Source: Eledone cirrhosa (taxonomy: Eukaryota). Taken from it: a stretch of DNA of 64,000 bases. Every line of letters begins with the position of its first letter. Positions within the stretch are counted from its first letter, which is position 1. A program made the translations under genes and the position numbers. The notes beneath the pieces were generated by a model. The model saw nothing but the letters and a program-made list of their open reading frames with translations. It was not told the DNA's origin and ran no database searches. The DNA lies in assembly GCA_964016885.1 (NCBI GenBank), contig OZ024764.1, positions 29,078,001 through 29,142,000 on the forward strand, given 5' to 3'. Positions 14,038 through 27,557 of the stretch are shown one piece after another.

Positions 14038-14976
14038 AGTTCAAAGAGAAACCACCATCCTACCTGAAATATTATGTTATCATATTAAATATTTCTTATA
14101 CTGTCATGTTTTTTCTTTAAAATGATTGCATCTCAATAAAGTGAAGAAAACTATTATATACTGTTGTTATATCATTATACTTTAGTTTTAACATTTCTAT
14201 GTGTATAAATATAATGTATGTAAGTGTGTTTGAAAATATATAATAATAATATGCATGTTTGAAGCAGGGTTCAACTGAAATATCTATATGAAGCAGGGTT
14301 CAACTGAAATATCTATAGGTTGACTTTGTTTTCATCCTTATGAGGTCGATAGAATAAAGTACCAGTAATTGCTGGCCTTGTGCCAGAAACAATTATTTGG
14401 TTGTACTTCCAATCTGTGCTACACACCTTCGTTCCCATCAATAATATATAACTGGCCATATTGTGGTGTATTTTCTGCAGGTTACAGAGATGGGGGTGTA
14501 TTGATATGTTTGACCCTGAATATGAAATCTATACGGGCCTCTGCCGGGTGGTAACACCAAATGAAGTGAAATAAATGTAGTTTTAATTGCAGATGTTTCT
14601 GTGAAATCAACTGCTTCCTGGCCTCTTTCAAAGAGATTTCTCAGTCTCTCAGGGTATATTTGCAATGGTGGCAACACAACCTTTCCTTTATTACAACAGT
14701 TACAATTTTCATTTCTAAATTTCAAAGCTCCACAGTGATCACACGAAACATTCATATCACTAATATGAAATTCTTCTACATTTCCATTAATATTAATTGT
14801 TGGCCAATTTCTCTTACGACGCTCATTATCCATTCTTCTCTGTCTGAATGTTTTCCATTCTAAGTCTATTTGCATGGAATAATTATATTCTGTTGTTTAT
14901 TATGTAATTAAATAGCTCTGTACAATACATAGAGCATTCTTCTTTTCTTTACCTTTTCTATGGAAATACAAGAACA

Positions 14977-15049
<73 letters not shown>

Positions 15050-17180
15050 ATATACATAAACAAGACTGTTATTGCTCCAACCAGTCTATTTACCTTTGAT
15101 AACTATCCTAAATATAAATACGCCTATACCATACATACATATATCATATATGTTTTTGATGCCGTGGTATAGCAGAGATAAGTAAGAAGAGAAAAGAAAA
15201 TGAAAATGAGAAAAAAAAAGAAGTAAGAAGTCGGGGGAGGGACAGACACTTCACCCCAGTCTAAGTGGTCCCTCAGCTGCAACCTGTGGAAGAAACGTAA
15301 AAGCGTTACCTCGGAGCAAGGCCAGAGACACCTGCTACAATAGTCGCCCCTCCTCATGAGGCTCCTGTCGTCTTTCCTCCCGACTTTATGGAGGAAATCA
15401 GCAGTACAGGGACCAAGAGTGGAAGAGGTGAGTCAGGCCTTGGTACTATCTTACTATCCTTTGCATTGCGGGGTGTGGAGCCTAGGTTTGTGGCTGTAGC
15501 TATATTTGAACTTTTATATGAAATTTCAGTTTTATATTTTTCACATCTTAAAACGTAATCTTAGTCTTTTGCAGCTCATCTTGTTTCATCTCGCAGCACA
15601 CGATTTGGGAACCACTGCTCTAGAGATAGAAAAAGTATATTTTATGCAGGGCTTCCCTGAGACATAAAAACTATTTCAAGAGATCGACATGGGTAGAAAG
15701 GTTGAGAAATGCTGCACAATGTTCTTTGATTTTTGTTCACCTTTAAATAATCATGTATAAAATATCGGGTGTGCAAGATTTCATGAAAAGGTATAACATT
15801 ATTTATGCTGATCTTGCAGGGACTAGCTCCAATTGAGAGTTGTACCAATTCCCACTAAACTCGAAACTCCTGGACAATATATACATATCTTTATAAGTTC
15901 CTGTGTATTGTGTCGTTGTATAATGAAACATAAATATATACCATGCATGTCAGTCAGATTTGAACTCACTATATTTGGCGTTTTATAGATATAATTTGTT
16001 TGTTAAAACAATTGATTAAATAATAACTAAATAAAATTAATTCTACAATCCTGGATAGGGAATGAACTTATAACTTCATAATAGAAGCCATCTATTCGAG
16101 CAGTATTGCCATCTAAGCCACCAGGTTACTTACAGAACTTCATTCAAATATAAAATATAAAATATATGCCAGACATAGTGAGTTGGAATCTGACTGATTA
16201 GTTGGTCATTGTCCCAGCCAACAGTTTAAATCGCCAACCAGTAGGTGACATCGACTAGGTTGGGAAAACTTGGTTAAGTAGCTCCAGTTATTGCTACGTT
16301 AGACATATTCAAGACTTATCGACACCGAATGGAAGAAAGGTAAAGTTGAACTCAGAGTAAAGAACTGGAAAAATACTGCAAAGAATTCTATCTGATGTTC
16401 TAACAATTCTACCAAATTACCTCATGTATATATATTTATATCTAGAGATAAGAAGAAAACTGAAAGAAAGAAAAAAAAAAAATGAAACCTTATATGTAAC
16501 CCATGACCAGGATTGAAACCGAAACCAGGACTACCACCATCTCTGGTATCACCCACCAGACAACCATGAAAGATACAAAAATCTGCTTTTTTAATATTTA
16601 TAAGCCTACTTTCAATATTAAAGTAAATAACATGTGGTGTTGTTCATGCCTTTCTCTATGTTATTGGTAAAAAATAAAGTATTTAAACCTCAAATTTTGT
16701 TATTCAAATATGCTTGCTTATGTAATTATAAATGTCGCAGAATACACACACATATATAGATGTGAAAATATTCAGGACCCCAACGGCTGTGCTACTGCCG
16801 TTTCGACATCTATATATATATCTTTTAGTCCTAGGCTCTTTCAGCGCAGAAAGAATTCTCCAATGATCACAACCAGCTAATGGTGCCCAGTGGAAGCACT
16901 TTAGTCTAATTATAACCCCAACGATCACGATTAGCGGCGGCTTTTTCGAGTCTGAGGTTGACTGCCAGATATATATATCTATATATATATATATATTTTT
17001 ATACTTTGCTAGAATCCCGGAGAACAACAGAAAGATGCTGAGTTCAGAGTTTAAAAAACATGTCCCCCTTTAATATAAAAACAATCCGAGTCTTGTAAAA
17101 GTGTTATTACTGTAATATAAAGTAAAAACCCTTTATTTAAACAAAGCTGCGATGCAGCGATCATCAAAGCAAACCCCAAA

Positions 17181-20100
17181 ATGTAAACAAACTTCTCGCA
17201 GGTGCTGCCAGATACACGATAACATGTGTATACGAAGTGTAACAGGGAGTTGTGTCGTATTATATGACTTTCAAATTGACCCCTATTATATTCAAATTAT
17301 CCCCTGTGGGGCGTGCACACCACGTTGAGAATCCCTCATAAATAAATATATGTGAGTGTGTTGCTATGACTGCTATTTCTAGCAGGTTTACTGCAGTCCT
17401 GTAGACGCACAACAAAAACCGGAAGTGGCAGCCATTAAAAAACTTTGGCTTAAAATCAGCCAAAAGATTTTCAATAATAGTAAAATTTTATTTTTGACAA
17501 GGACGATAACTTTTGTCTTACTTAATCGCAAAAATCGAGGCAAAAATTTTGAGGGTGTGCAGTTTACACGCTAAAAATAAACCTGCTAGAAATAGCAGTC
17601 ATAGCAACTCACATATATTTATATATCATATATATATATATATATGATATATATATGGACACTTTAGAAATAGCAGCGAATAACAGAAAGGACACACACA
17701 TATATATATATGCCCCAGCACACACACATATATATATATACACACACACACACATATATATATATGCCCCAGCATACACACACACACACACATATATATA
17801 TGCCCCAGCATGGTCTTGGACGATCGTCTAACTAAGGCCAATAATAAAATACTTCAAAATAAATTAAACACCCCTAAATCCGGGGTTACAACTTGGATTA
17901 CTTAAAAGTCAGTAAAGCTGTAAAGATTCTATATTGTAAATAGGTGGTCGCATGTTCGAATCCGGGCAAATCCCGAGAAAAATAACAAAAAGAAGGACAA
18001 TGTAAAAATAGCAGCCATAGACGAGAGGAGGACACACACACAAACACACACACATGTATATATATATATATATGTGTGTCTGTGTATGTGTTTGGCTGCT
18101 ATATATATATATAGCGGTCAACACACACACACGTACATATATAAGTGTGTGTGTTTGGCTGATATATATATATATATATATATATGATATATAAATATAT
18201 GTGAGTTGCTATGACTGCTATTTCTAGCAGGTTTATTTTAGCGTGTAAACTGCACACCCGCAAAATTTTTGCCTCGATTTTTGCGATTAAGTAAGACAAA
18301 AGTTATCGTCCTTGTCAAAAATAAAATTTTACTATTATTGAAAATCTTTTGGCTGATTTTAAGCCAAAGTTTTTTAATGGCTGCCACTTCCGGTTTTTGT
18401 TGTGCGTCTACAGGACAGCCAGAAACCTACTAGAAATAGCAGTCATAACAACACACTTATGTATATTTATATATCAGGGATTCTCAACGAAGGGTACACG
18501 CCCCACAGGGGGCAATTTGAATTTAATAGGGGCCAATTAGAAAGTGATATAATACGACCAAACTTCCAGTTACACTTTGTTCACATGTTATCGTGTATCT
18601 GGCAGCAGCTACGAGAAGTTTGTTTATATTTTGAAGTTTGTTTTGATCATCGCGGCATCGTAGCTTTGTTTAATTAAAACATTTCTACTTTATATTACAG
18701 TAGTAACACTTTTACAAGACTCGGTTTATTTCTATATTAAAGGGGAACATAAACCTAATTTTTAAACGTTGAGGTGGGGCATGGAGCAAAAAAGGTTTGG
18801 AACTACTGAAGACAACAAATCATCGTTTTTATTAATGTAAACAAACTTCTCGCAGGTGCTGCCAGATACACGATAACATGTGTATACGAAGTGTAACAGG
18901 GAGTTGGGTCGTATTATATGACTTTCAAATTGACCCCTATTATATTCAAATTATCCCCTGTGGGGCGTGCACCCCACGTTGAGAATCCCTCATAAATAAA
19001 TATATGTGAGTGTGTTGCTATGACTGCTATTTCTAGCAGGTTTACTGCAGTCCTGTAGACGCACAACAAAAACCGGAAGTGGCAGCCATTAAAAAACTTT
19101 GGCTTAAAATCAGCCAAAAGATTTTCAATAATAGTAAAATTTTATTTTTGACAAGGACGATAACTTTTGTCTTACTTAATCGCAAAAATCGAGGCAAAAA
19201 TTTTGAGGGTGTGCAGTTTACACGCTAAAAATAAACCTGCTAGAAATAGCAGTCATAGCAACTCACATATATTTATATATCATATATATATATATATGAT
19301 ATATATATGGACACTTTAGAAATAGCAGCGAATAACAGAAAGAACACACACATATATATATGCCCCAGCACACACACATATATATATATATACACACACA
19401 CACATATATATATATATGCCCCAGCATACACACACACACACACATATATATACATATATATATATATATATGCCCCAGCATGGTCTTGGACGATCGTCTA
19501 ACTAAGGCCAATAATAAAATACTTCAAAATAAATTAAACACCCCTAAATCCGGGGTTACAACTTGGATTACTTAAAAGTCAGTAAAGCTGTAAAGATTCT
19601 ATATTGTAAATAGGTGGTCGCATGTTCGAATCCGGGCAAATCCCGAGAAAAATAACAAAAAGAAGGACAATGTAAAAATAGCAGCCATAGACGAGAGGAG
19701 GAAACACACACACATGTATATATATATATATGTGTGTCTGTGTATGTGTTTGGCTGCTATATATATATATAGCAGTCAACACACACACACGTACATATAT
19801 AAGTGTGTGTGTTTGGCTGATATATATATATATATATATGATATATAAATATATGTGAGTTGCTATGACTGCTATTTCTAGCAGGTTTATTTTAGCGTGT
19901 AAACTGCACACCCGCAAAATTTTTGCCTCGATTTTTGCGATTAAGTAAGACAAAAGTTATCGTCCTTGTCAAAAATAAAATTTTACTATTATTGAAAATC
20001 TTTTGGCTGATTTTAAGCCAAAGTTTTTTAATGGCTGCCACTTCCGGTTTTTGTTGTGCGTCTACAGGACAGCCAGAAACCTACTAGAAATAGCAGTCAT

Positions 20101-20678
20101 AACAACACACTTATGTATATTTATATATCAGGGATTCTCAACGAAGGGTACACGCCCCACAGGGGGCAATTTGAATTTAATAGGGGCCAATTAGAAAGTG
20201 ATATAATACGACCAAACTTCCAGTTACACTTTGTTCACATGTTATCGTGTATCTGGCAGCAGCTACGAGAAGTTTGTTTATATTTTGAAGTTTGTTTTGA
20301 TCATCGCGGCATCGTAGCTTTGTTTAATTAAAGCATTTCTACTTTATATTACAGTAGTAACACTTTTACAAGACTCGGTTTATTTCTATATTAAAGGGGA
20401 ACATAAACCTAATTTTTAAACGTTGAGGTGGGGCATGGAGCAAAAAAGGTTTGGAACTACTGAAGACAACAAATCATCGTTTTTATTAATGTAAACAAAC
20501 TTCTCGCAGGTGCTGCCAGATACACGATAACATGTGTATACGAAGTGTAACAGGGAGTTGGGTCGTATTATATGACTTTCAAATTGACCCCTATTATATT
20601 CAAATTATCCCCTGTGGGGCGTGCACCCCACGTTGAGAATCCCTCATAAATAAATATATGTGAGTGTGTTGCTATGAC
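17181..20678 (+). repeat. Tandem array of a 1654-bp fold-back unit (2 full copies plus a partial third)
   Basis: atgtaaacaaacttctcgcaggtg starts at 17181, 18835 and 20489. Each unit contains inverted arms around a ~200-bp unique core. Confidence 0.95.
18475..18808 (+). mobile_element. hAT-type non-autonomous element (~334 bp); second copy at 20129-20462
   Basis: Termini cagggattctcaac ... gtttggaactactg are imperfect TIRs of the Charlie type. No clear 8-bp TSD. Confidence 0.7.
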
Positions 20679-20800
20679 AAATATATTCAGAAAGAGATAT
20701 TTCTCCACGCCCTCAGTTATCTCGTCTTCATTCCGTTTCTATATATATATTTTTTTAATAAATAAAATTCTAACTATAAGTATGACTAATTTACACAGTA

Positions 20801-20954
20801 GAGTTGCGCTCTGTGTATGGCGCTGCACGTAACGTTTCGGGCTTCGCTGTCGTACTTCGGTATGGCATGACCATTCTATGTGTCTGAAGATCGAATCGTT
20901 GCGGCGGCAGCCCGGCTTTATGCTGGCCTGCGTCCCCGCCTCGCATTGAGTTTT
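20801..20954 (+). ncRNA. Candidate structured small RNA gene, copy 1 (family unassigned)
   Basis: GC-rich island with tataag at 20775, a tgtcgtac-TTCG-gtatggca hairpin, B-box-like agatcgaatc, a 3' stem-loop and a T4 run. Confidence 0.55.
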
Positions 20955-22542
20955 ACTAAAAAATTCGCCGAGTTATCGTTTGAATTACTTGCCCCTGATT
21001 GGAACTATTCTCGTTTGTTGTCATTCTTCTTTATTGAATTAAACTCTTAACATCGTTTGGATTTACTCGTGTAATTTGATAGAATCAGTCTGGATATTAT
21101 ACTAATGGTGAGAGGTATGTAATGTTTTATTTGCCGTATATACACTCACAGACATACATTATTATATGCCTTTCATCCTTATGGGGTCGATAAAATAAAG
21201 TACCAGTAATGCACTGGATAATTGCTGGCCTTGTGCCAAAAGTAGAAACAATTATTCTATATACAGAAAGATTCTAGAGACGTACATATTGTTTTATTTA
21301 AACCTAAATACACACACAAAACTAGATTTATATATATATAAATGTTCTTTAGCTGAGGTAAAATACCCTCTAATTTACCTATACGAACGCTTTATTTGCC
21401 ATGTATATTTTAATTCATTGCTAAACACTCGAAAATACAGTCTTAGATATATATTAACATTCTTTAGTGTATGCATTCACCTCTATAATCCATACACTGG
21501 AAGAAACGTTTCCTATCTAGATCAATATACACATATAAAGCTACATTTATATATACACCTTCATTCTTCTAAAGAGGTATGTAATGTTTTAGTTGTCCCT
21601 TAAATTCATCGATAAACACGTAGTTATTCCTGAGACACAAGAATATATTTCACTACCCTTCATATACAGGAGGAATGTTAGAGACGTATATGTATAATAT
21701 AACCGTCTTTTTACTAAGAATAATAACTAAAACCCCTTCATACTCAGGAAAACTAAACATTCTATCTACATACACCGCCTTCTGTCTTATTCATAGTGGT
21801 ACATTGTTAGAAGTACCACTTCATATTCAGCCAACCTTCTCTCGACACTATCATTGCATATTTTAAAATCCACTTCTTTATATACTATATTTAGGTTTAA
21901 TCAATACATATATTGATGATTGGAATCATGGTCTTAAGATTACCCAAATCGATACTAACTATTACAAATACAGATCTCTCTAAGGCTATGTTACCTACAT
22001 ATTAATTGTTCTGAAAAGATGCATCAGTCTTCTCTATGGAGCAGAAACGTGGCCCCTCACAAAGACGATTGACAGCAGTGCCCTGAGGACCATCCCAGCC
22101 TTACTCTCATTCAACGCAGTAGCACCTGGTCGGCTCTACCCATGATGATGCCGGTCTAGTCTAACAAGAATAGATGTACAAAATACTCGAATATAAGGTG
22201 ACCCTCCTCCCTATCTTATGCCTGAGAAGTGGGCAAAAATGCGAACCTTCTTTACGTAGAATTTGAAGTTGGCGAAAATGGTCAAACTATTGACTCCCTA
22301 TATAAATCAACCCTTTACTACATATTCCCTGGCTTCTATTCGTGTATATCCCGTTATATATGTACAAAACACTAGCAGTTCCTTAATGGCTATATATCCC
22401 GTTATATTTATATAGAAAGAGAAACGGAAAGAAAACGAGATAACACTCGGAATATGTCGTGTTATCTTGCTTTCTTTCTGTTTCTTTTTTTTTTTAAAAA
22501 GAAGTAAAATGTTAGCTATAAGTATGCCTATTTGACTCTGTA

Positions 22543-22701
22543 GAATTGCGGCTTGTGCGTGGCGCTGCACGTAGCGTTTCTGGCTTCGCTGTCGTACTTC
22601 GGTATGGTATGACCACTCGATCGTGTCTGAAGTTCGAATCGTTGCGGGGGTCGGCCGGGACCGTTGCAGGCTGGCCTGCTCTCCCCCTCGCATGAGTTTT
22701 T
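22543..22701 (+). ncRNA. Candidate structured small RNA gene, copy 2
   Basis: tataag at 22517, cTTCGg hairpin, agttcgaatc and a T5 run. Has an 11-nt deletion in the 3' stem relative to copy 3. Confidence 0.55.
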
Positions 22702-24509
22702 GTCAAACAATTTGACGAGAGTTATCTCCCTTTGATTTGAGTTATTTGCCCTTTGTTGTGATTGAACTACTTCCGGTTTGTGGAACTCTTCTTCCTTTGT
22801 TGTCATTTCTTGAAGCTGTAACATCATTCTATTTACTCTGGGACTATTAACGATATCTGTTTGGATTTTACGTTCGTGTAAAGAGGTATGTAAAGTTTTA
22901 TTTGCCGTATATACACACATTATTGAGACACAAAAGTAAGTTGCCATGTCTTTTAAAGAAACAAAACTAAATATATACACGCAGCTACCTCTTCTAACTA
23001 AACATACATGTTACCCTCCTCTATTATGAAACAAAACTAACCATGATCTGTATATATACACCTCCTCTAACATGTTACAACTAAATCTTCTCTCGATACT
23101 ATATACATACTTGTAAGGAAATATAACCAAGCTTCCTCTCTATATACATTTTATCTTCTGTATATAAACCTTATACCTGAATACACAGATATTCTATATA
23201 CAAGAAGACACTTTTTCACGTCAATACACAAATACTTCAGGCATATTTATGTATTAGCCGTAAATTTATTCTAAACCATGTAGAGGAAGAATCCTGGGGA
23301 CATACGTACACATGAAGCTATATTCATATATAAACCGTCTCCCTTCTATCATAACAGATACTTATGAGGCGCAATATACAAACTTGTTCATACTGGAATA
23401 ATAGACATGAAAATAAACCTTCTCTAGACATATGAATATAGAAGCTAAACCATACAGTTATATTTTATATCTAACGAAGCATGGTAGCTCCATTACTCTG
23501 CCGTAACACTCCTTACTACTACTTCTAGCATCCTCACCTGCTTGATAGCTACATCATCCATATATAAACGTTCTTCACTAGATACAAAACTAAACCTTTA
23601 TATATACACAACTAACCTATTTTATATTCCTAAGGAACAGTACCAGACCTGGAGACTACTACAACCCGATCTCAAGAAGAAAGGTAAATAAATTGTGAAA
23701 TAAAAGAATAAACCAGTATTTTCCTTTGTTGCCTTATTATTTACTCCCTGTATATATACACACACTAGACACCTCTTACACTGTAGGAAGACAAAAACCT
23801 TCTGTCACTGTATACTAGATTCATATTATATAAATTATTTCCTAGATACACCTATTAGAAACAAGCCATCTCTATATACAGGTAAATAACATCAATGTAG
23901 ACATGTCTGTATTCTATAGAACATATCTAAACCCACATTGTGTGTGTCTCTTTATATTATACACGTGTATGTAAAAACCTGGAAGTGATCATACATATAT
24001 AAGATAAGAGGTTTTGATCTGTACATACAGATCAAAACATTCTCGCTAGATACTACACATATGTCTCTTAGGAAACTACTACTATTGTTCTTCTAGTTGT
24101 GTATAAAGATCTCACAGTAGAACGTGTACATGATTCCTAAGAAGCAACAGAGCTAACTATAAATACAAAGAAATTTAGTGTTCTTTACATACACACAAAG
24201 CTTACTTCATGTCTATAATATACCTTCTTCTCTATATTGGAAGAAGTACCTCCATTATATATTGAAGTTGTGTTCAATAGAGTACAGTATGTAGAACCAT
24301 ATGTACGCAGTTACCCTTTTCTTTAAAGGATACATCAATACCCTGTTCTCCTCTAGACAGGGATACTCACCATATAAACACTTTAGTGTATATAAAGCAT
24401 ATCTTCATTGTAAATTTAGAAGTTACACTACACATATAAAGACAACAACCTACATACATATTAATACCCTTATATCTCTAGACTACTGTATTATATAAAT
24501 ATAGCTAAG

Positions 24510-25320
24510 GAATTAAAGATGTATGTATATTTATACATACATATGCAGTATATGTATGTATATATATATACATATGTATGTATATATACATATGTATGTA
24601 TATATATATATATGTATGTATATATATATATATGTATGTATATATACATATGTATGTATATATATACATATGTATATATACATATACGTATGTACATGCA
24701 TATGTATATATAGATACATATGCATTATATACATACGTATGTATATATACATATGTATATATATATATACATATGTATATATATACGTATGTATATATAC
24801 ATACATATGTATGTATATATACATACGTATGTATGTATGTAAGTACATACGTGTGTATGTATATACATATGTATGTACTTACATACGTATGTACTTACAT
24901 ATATATGTACATACATACGTATGTATATACCTACATATGTATGTACATACAGACGTACGTATATAAATACATACGTATGTACATACATACGTATGTATAT
25001 AAATACATACATTCGTATGTAATACATACGTATGTATATATGTATACAGACATACGTATGTATGCATACATAGGTATATACGTATGTATACATACATACG
25101 TATGTACATACATATGTATGTATATACATACGTACGTATGTATATACCTACATATGTATGTACATACATACGTATGTATATATATACAGACGTACGTATA
25201 TAAATACATACGTATGTATATACATATATACATTCGTATGTATATACATACGTATGTATATATATATACATACGTATATATGTATACATACATATGTATA
25301 TATACATACATATGTATGTT
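24510..25320. repeat. Compound (TA)/(TACG)/(TATG) microsatellite
   Basis: Direct inspection. Confidence 0.95.
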
Positions 25321-27387
25321 TATATAAATATAGCTAAGGGGTTAAACTTTTTTCTCTACATAGAGATAAGTATGTCTATTCTATAGGATACTATTACCTT
25401 AAAACCATGTGTATATATACACTTACTTCTATAGAATCCATACATATTAACACCCTTATATCTCTAGGCATATGTATACATACAGAAAGAAATGGCCCCA
25501 CTAGAATACTGCATTATATACATTACTTTCATGAAAGATGATTCGAACTGAATTCATACTTCTATTCCTATATACATACTGGGAGAGATATAGAATACAA
25601 ATTTATTCTATATACAGAAGGAAATAAACTTACTAGAATACTCTATATATACACATTATAAATGTTTATAATATGAAACTTCTTTATTAATACCTATATA
25701 CTTACTGGTAAGTATGAGAGAGATATAGAATATCCACATAACCTCTTACAGGAGATATAGAATACCTATATACACAGTTTCCATTCTCAAAGAAACTTCT
25801 CTATAGCACCACACTTACTTCTTTCAGTAAGAAGGATGTTTCTTACTGGGATTCTATAGTGTAGATACACATTAATTAATCTAGTCTATATATACACTTC
25901 TTTCAAGAAGGATGTTTCTCACTAATTACATAATAATTGAATTCTCTCACATGTTAATACCTTTTTATCTCTAGGCATGTGTTTAACAATCCACTAGTTA
26001 TATATACACAGCTGTTAATTCCTATATATTTAATATGAATGAAAGTTAAACGATCTACATGTAAGATACTACCTGTGTATATATATAAGAAACGAAAATG
26101 TGAAATAAAGATCAATAAATAAACTACATTTTGTTGTTGGGGTTATTTTATTTCTTGAGACGACTGTGTGTATCTACACACTAAGTTGAGCTGGCGGAGA
26201 TCTTCAACATACCTGGAAAGAAGCAGAGGGTATTAATAAAAACAATCCAGATTACACAGCTCTAACACCAATACTTTTCTAGAGGCAGAAATGAAACCTC
26301 TTTATCATGAACAGTTTAGTTTCTTAGGAGAGTGGGTATAGGGCTGTGAAATACAGTTTCTTATATGCCTCTAGATAAGGTATTACTGTATATATGGGTT
26401 TTTTTTTTTATTATAGAGGAGGATAGTAAATATAAGCCTTCTAGATGTTACAGAGGAGTCTCTACATACAAAAAGTAGATTCTTTGCTGTGTACACCGAA
26501 TATATAGAAGTGTATTATATACACACGTGTGTACAATATTTATATAACAAGGCAGTGTATTCTATAAAGAAACTGTATGTATGGGGGGTTGTTTTCCTCT
26601 ATTGAGAAGGATAGTGAATATAATGTCTTCTACATACAATAAATAGATGCCTTGATAAAATATCCAGAGTTTTATGTAAGTATCCTCGGGAAAAGTAGTA
26701 GAGAAGAGGGTTTTAACTTTGCCTTGTGTGTATGTAGATGCTGCATATATACGATGCTTCGAAGTGTGTTTATGTATAGAGAGAGGGTCTGTATTCTATA
26801 TACTACAGTTTCTTATATAGCTCCGGATACTGTGTATAATGAGGAGATATACCTTTCTTCTAAGTAAGTATATACAGAGAAGGTGTAATAGAGATACGAT
26901 TATAATATAAATATATAGTTGATATGATGTGTGCAAGAGAGAATGCTGAGTTGGAGTAAAGGTGGTGATGCCGATGTAACTCGACGTAGAAATTACGATG
27001 GTATAGTATAAAGAGGAAAGTAACATGTATGTTTAGTTAGAAGAGGTAGCTGCGTGTATATATTATTTGTTTTGTTTCTCGGAAGGAGGTTTAGTTCTGT
27101 GAAGAGTGTTTAGAATAAATTTAAAAGACATGGCAACTAAAACATTACAAGAATGTATATTTCCAAGATAATGAAATGTATTTTTGTGTCTCAATAATAT
27201 CCGTGAGTGTGAATAAAACTTTACATACCTCTTTACACGTAAAATCCAAACAGATATCGTTAATAGTCCCAGAGTAAATAGAATGATGTTACAGCTTCAA
27301 GAAATGACAACAAAGGAAGGAGAGTTCCACAAACCGGAAGTAGTTCAATCACAACAAAGGGAGATAACTCTCGTCAAATTGTTTGGC

Positions 27388-27557
27388 AAAAACTCATGCG
27401 AGGGGGAGAGCAGGCCAGCATAAAGCCAGCCTGCAACGGTCCCGGCCGACCCCCGCAACGATTCGAACTTCAGACACGATCGAGTGGTCATGCCATACCG
27501 AAGTACGACAGCGAAGCCAGAAACGCTACGTGCAGCGCCACGCACAAGCCGCAATTC
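27388..27557 (-). ncRNA. Candidate structured small RNA gene, copy 3
   Basis: Reverse-complement copy with TATA at 27583-27578, an intact gcaggctggc-tttat-gctggcctgc stem and a T5 run. Confidence 0.58.

Larger units (their letters stand above)
10431..14875 (-). mobile_element. Decayed, internally deleted Helitron RepHel, copy B (N-terminal Zn region, Rep, PIF1-like helicase C-terminus)
   Basis: 14875-14438 reads CDHCGALKF...CCNKGKVVLPPL...GRGPYRFHIQGQTY. Rep motifs lie at ~11100-11200. 10766-10431 reads LCNGTRL...QFPLRLSYAMTINK..GQ...VG....VF.PGQLYVAFSRV (PIF1-like helicase motifs). Interrupted by satellites and a SINE. Confidence 0.93.
10677..17560 (+). repeat. Direct segmental duplication of 1..~4560
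   Basis: Near-identical blocks: 1-1290 versus 10677-12027, and ~1495-4560 versus ~14318-17560. Each copy has private indels. Confidence 0.95.

Noticed and set aside
17905-17980. tRNA gene in the fold-back core (gttcgaatcc)
   Set aside because: Only a B-box-like motif; I cannot fold a cloverleaf. At most a SINE-head remnant.
20885-20900. CTGAAGA in RNA copy 1 as a hammerhead core
   Set aside because: No downstream GAAA or stem II, and copies 2/3 read CTGAAGT.
22307-22980. 128-150-aa ORFs over the RNA candidate (and 27383-27793)
   Set aside because: The 11-nt indel between copies shifts the frame, the ORFs run through a poly-A tract, and no protein family is recognisable. Conservation looks structural.
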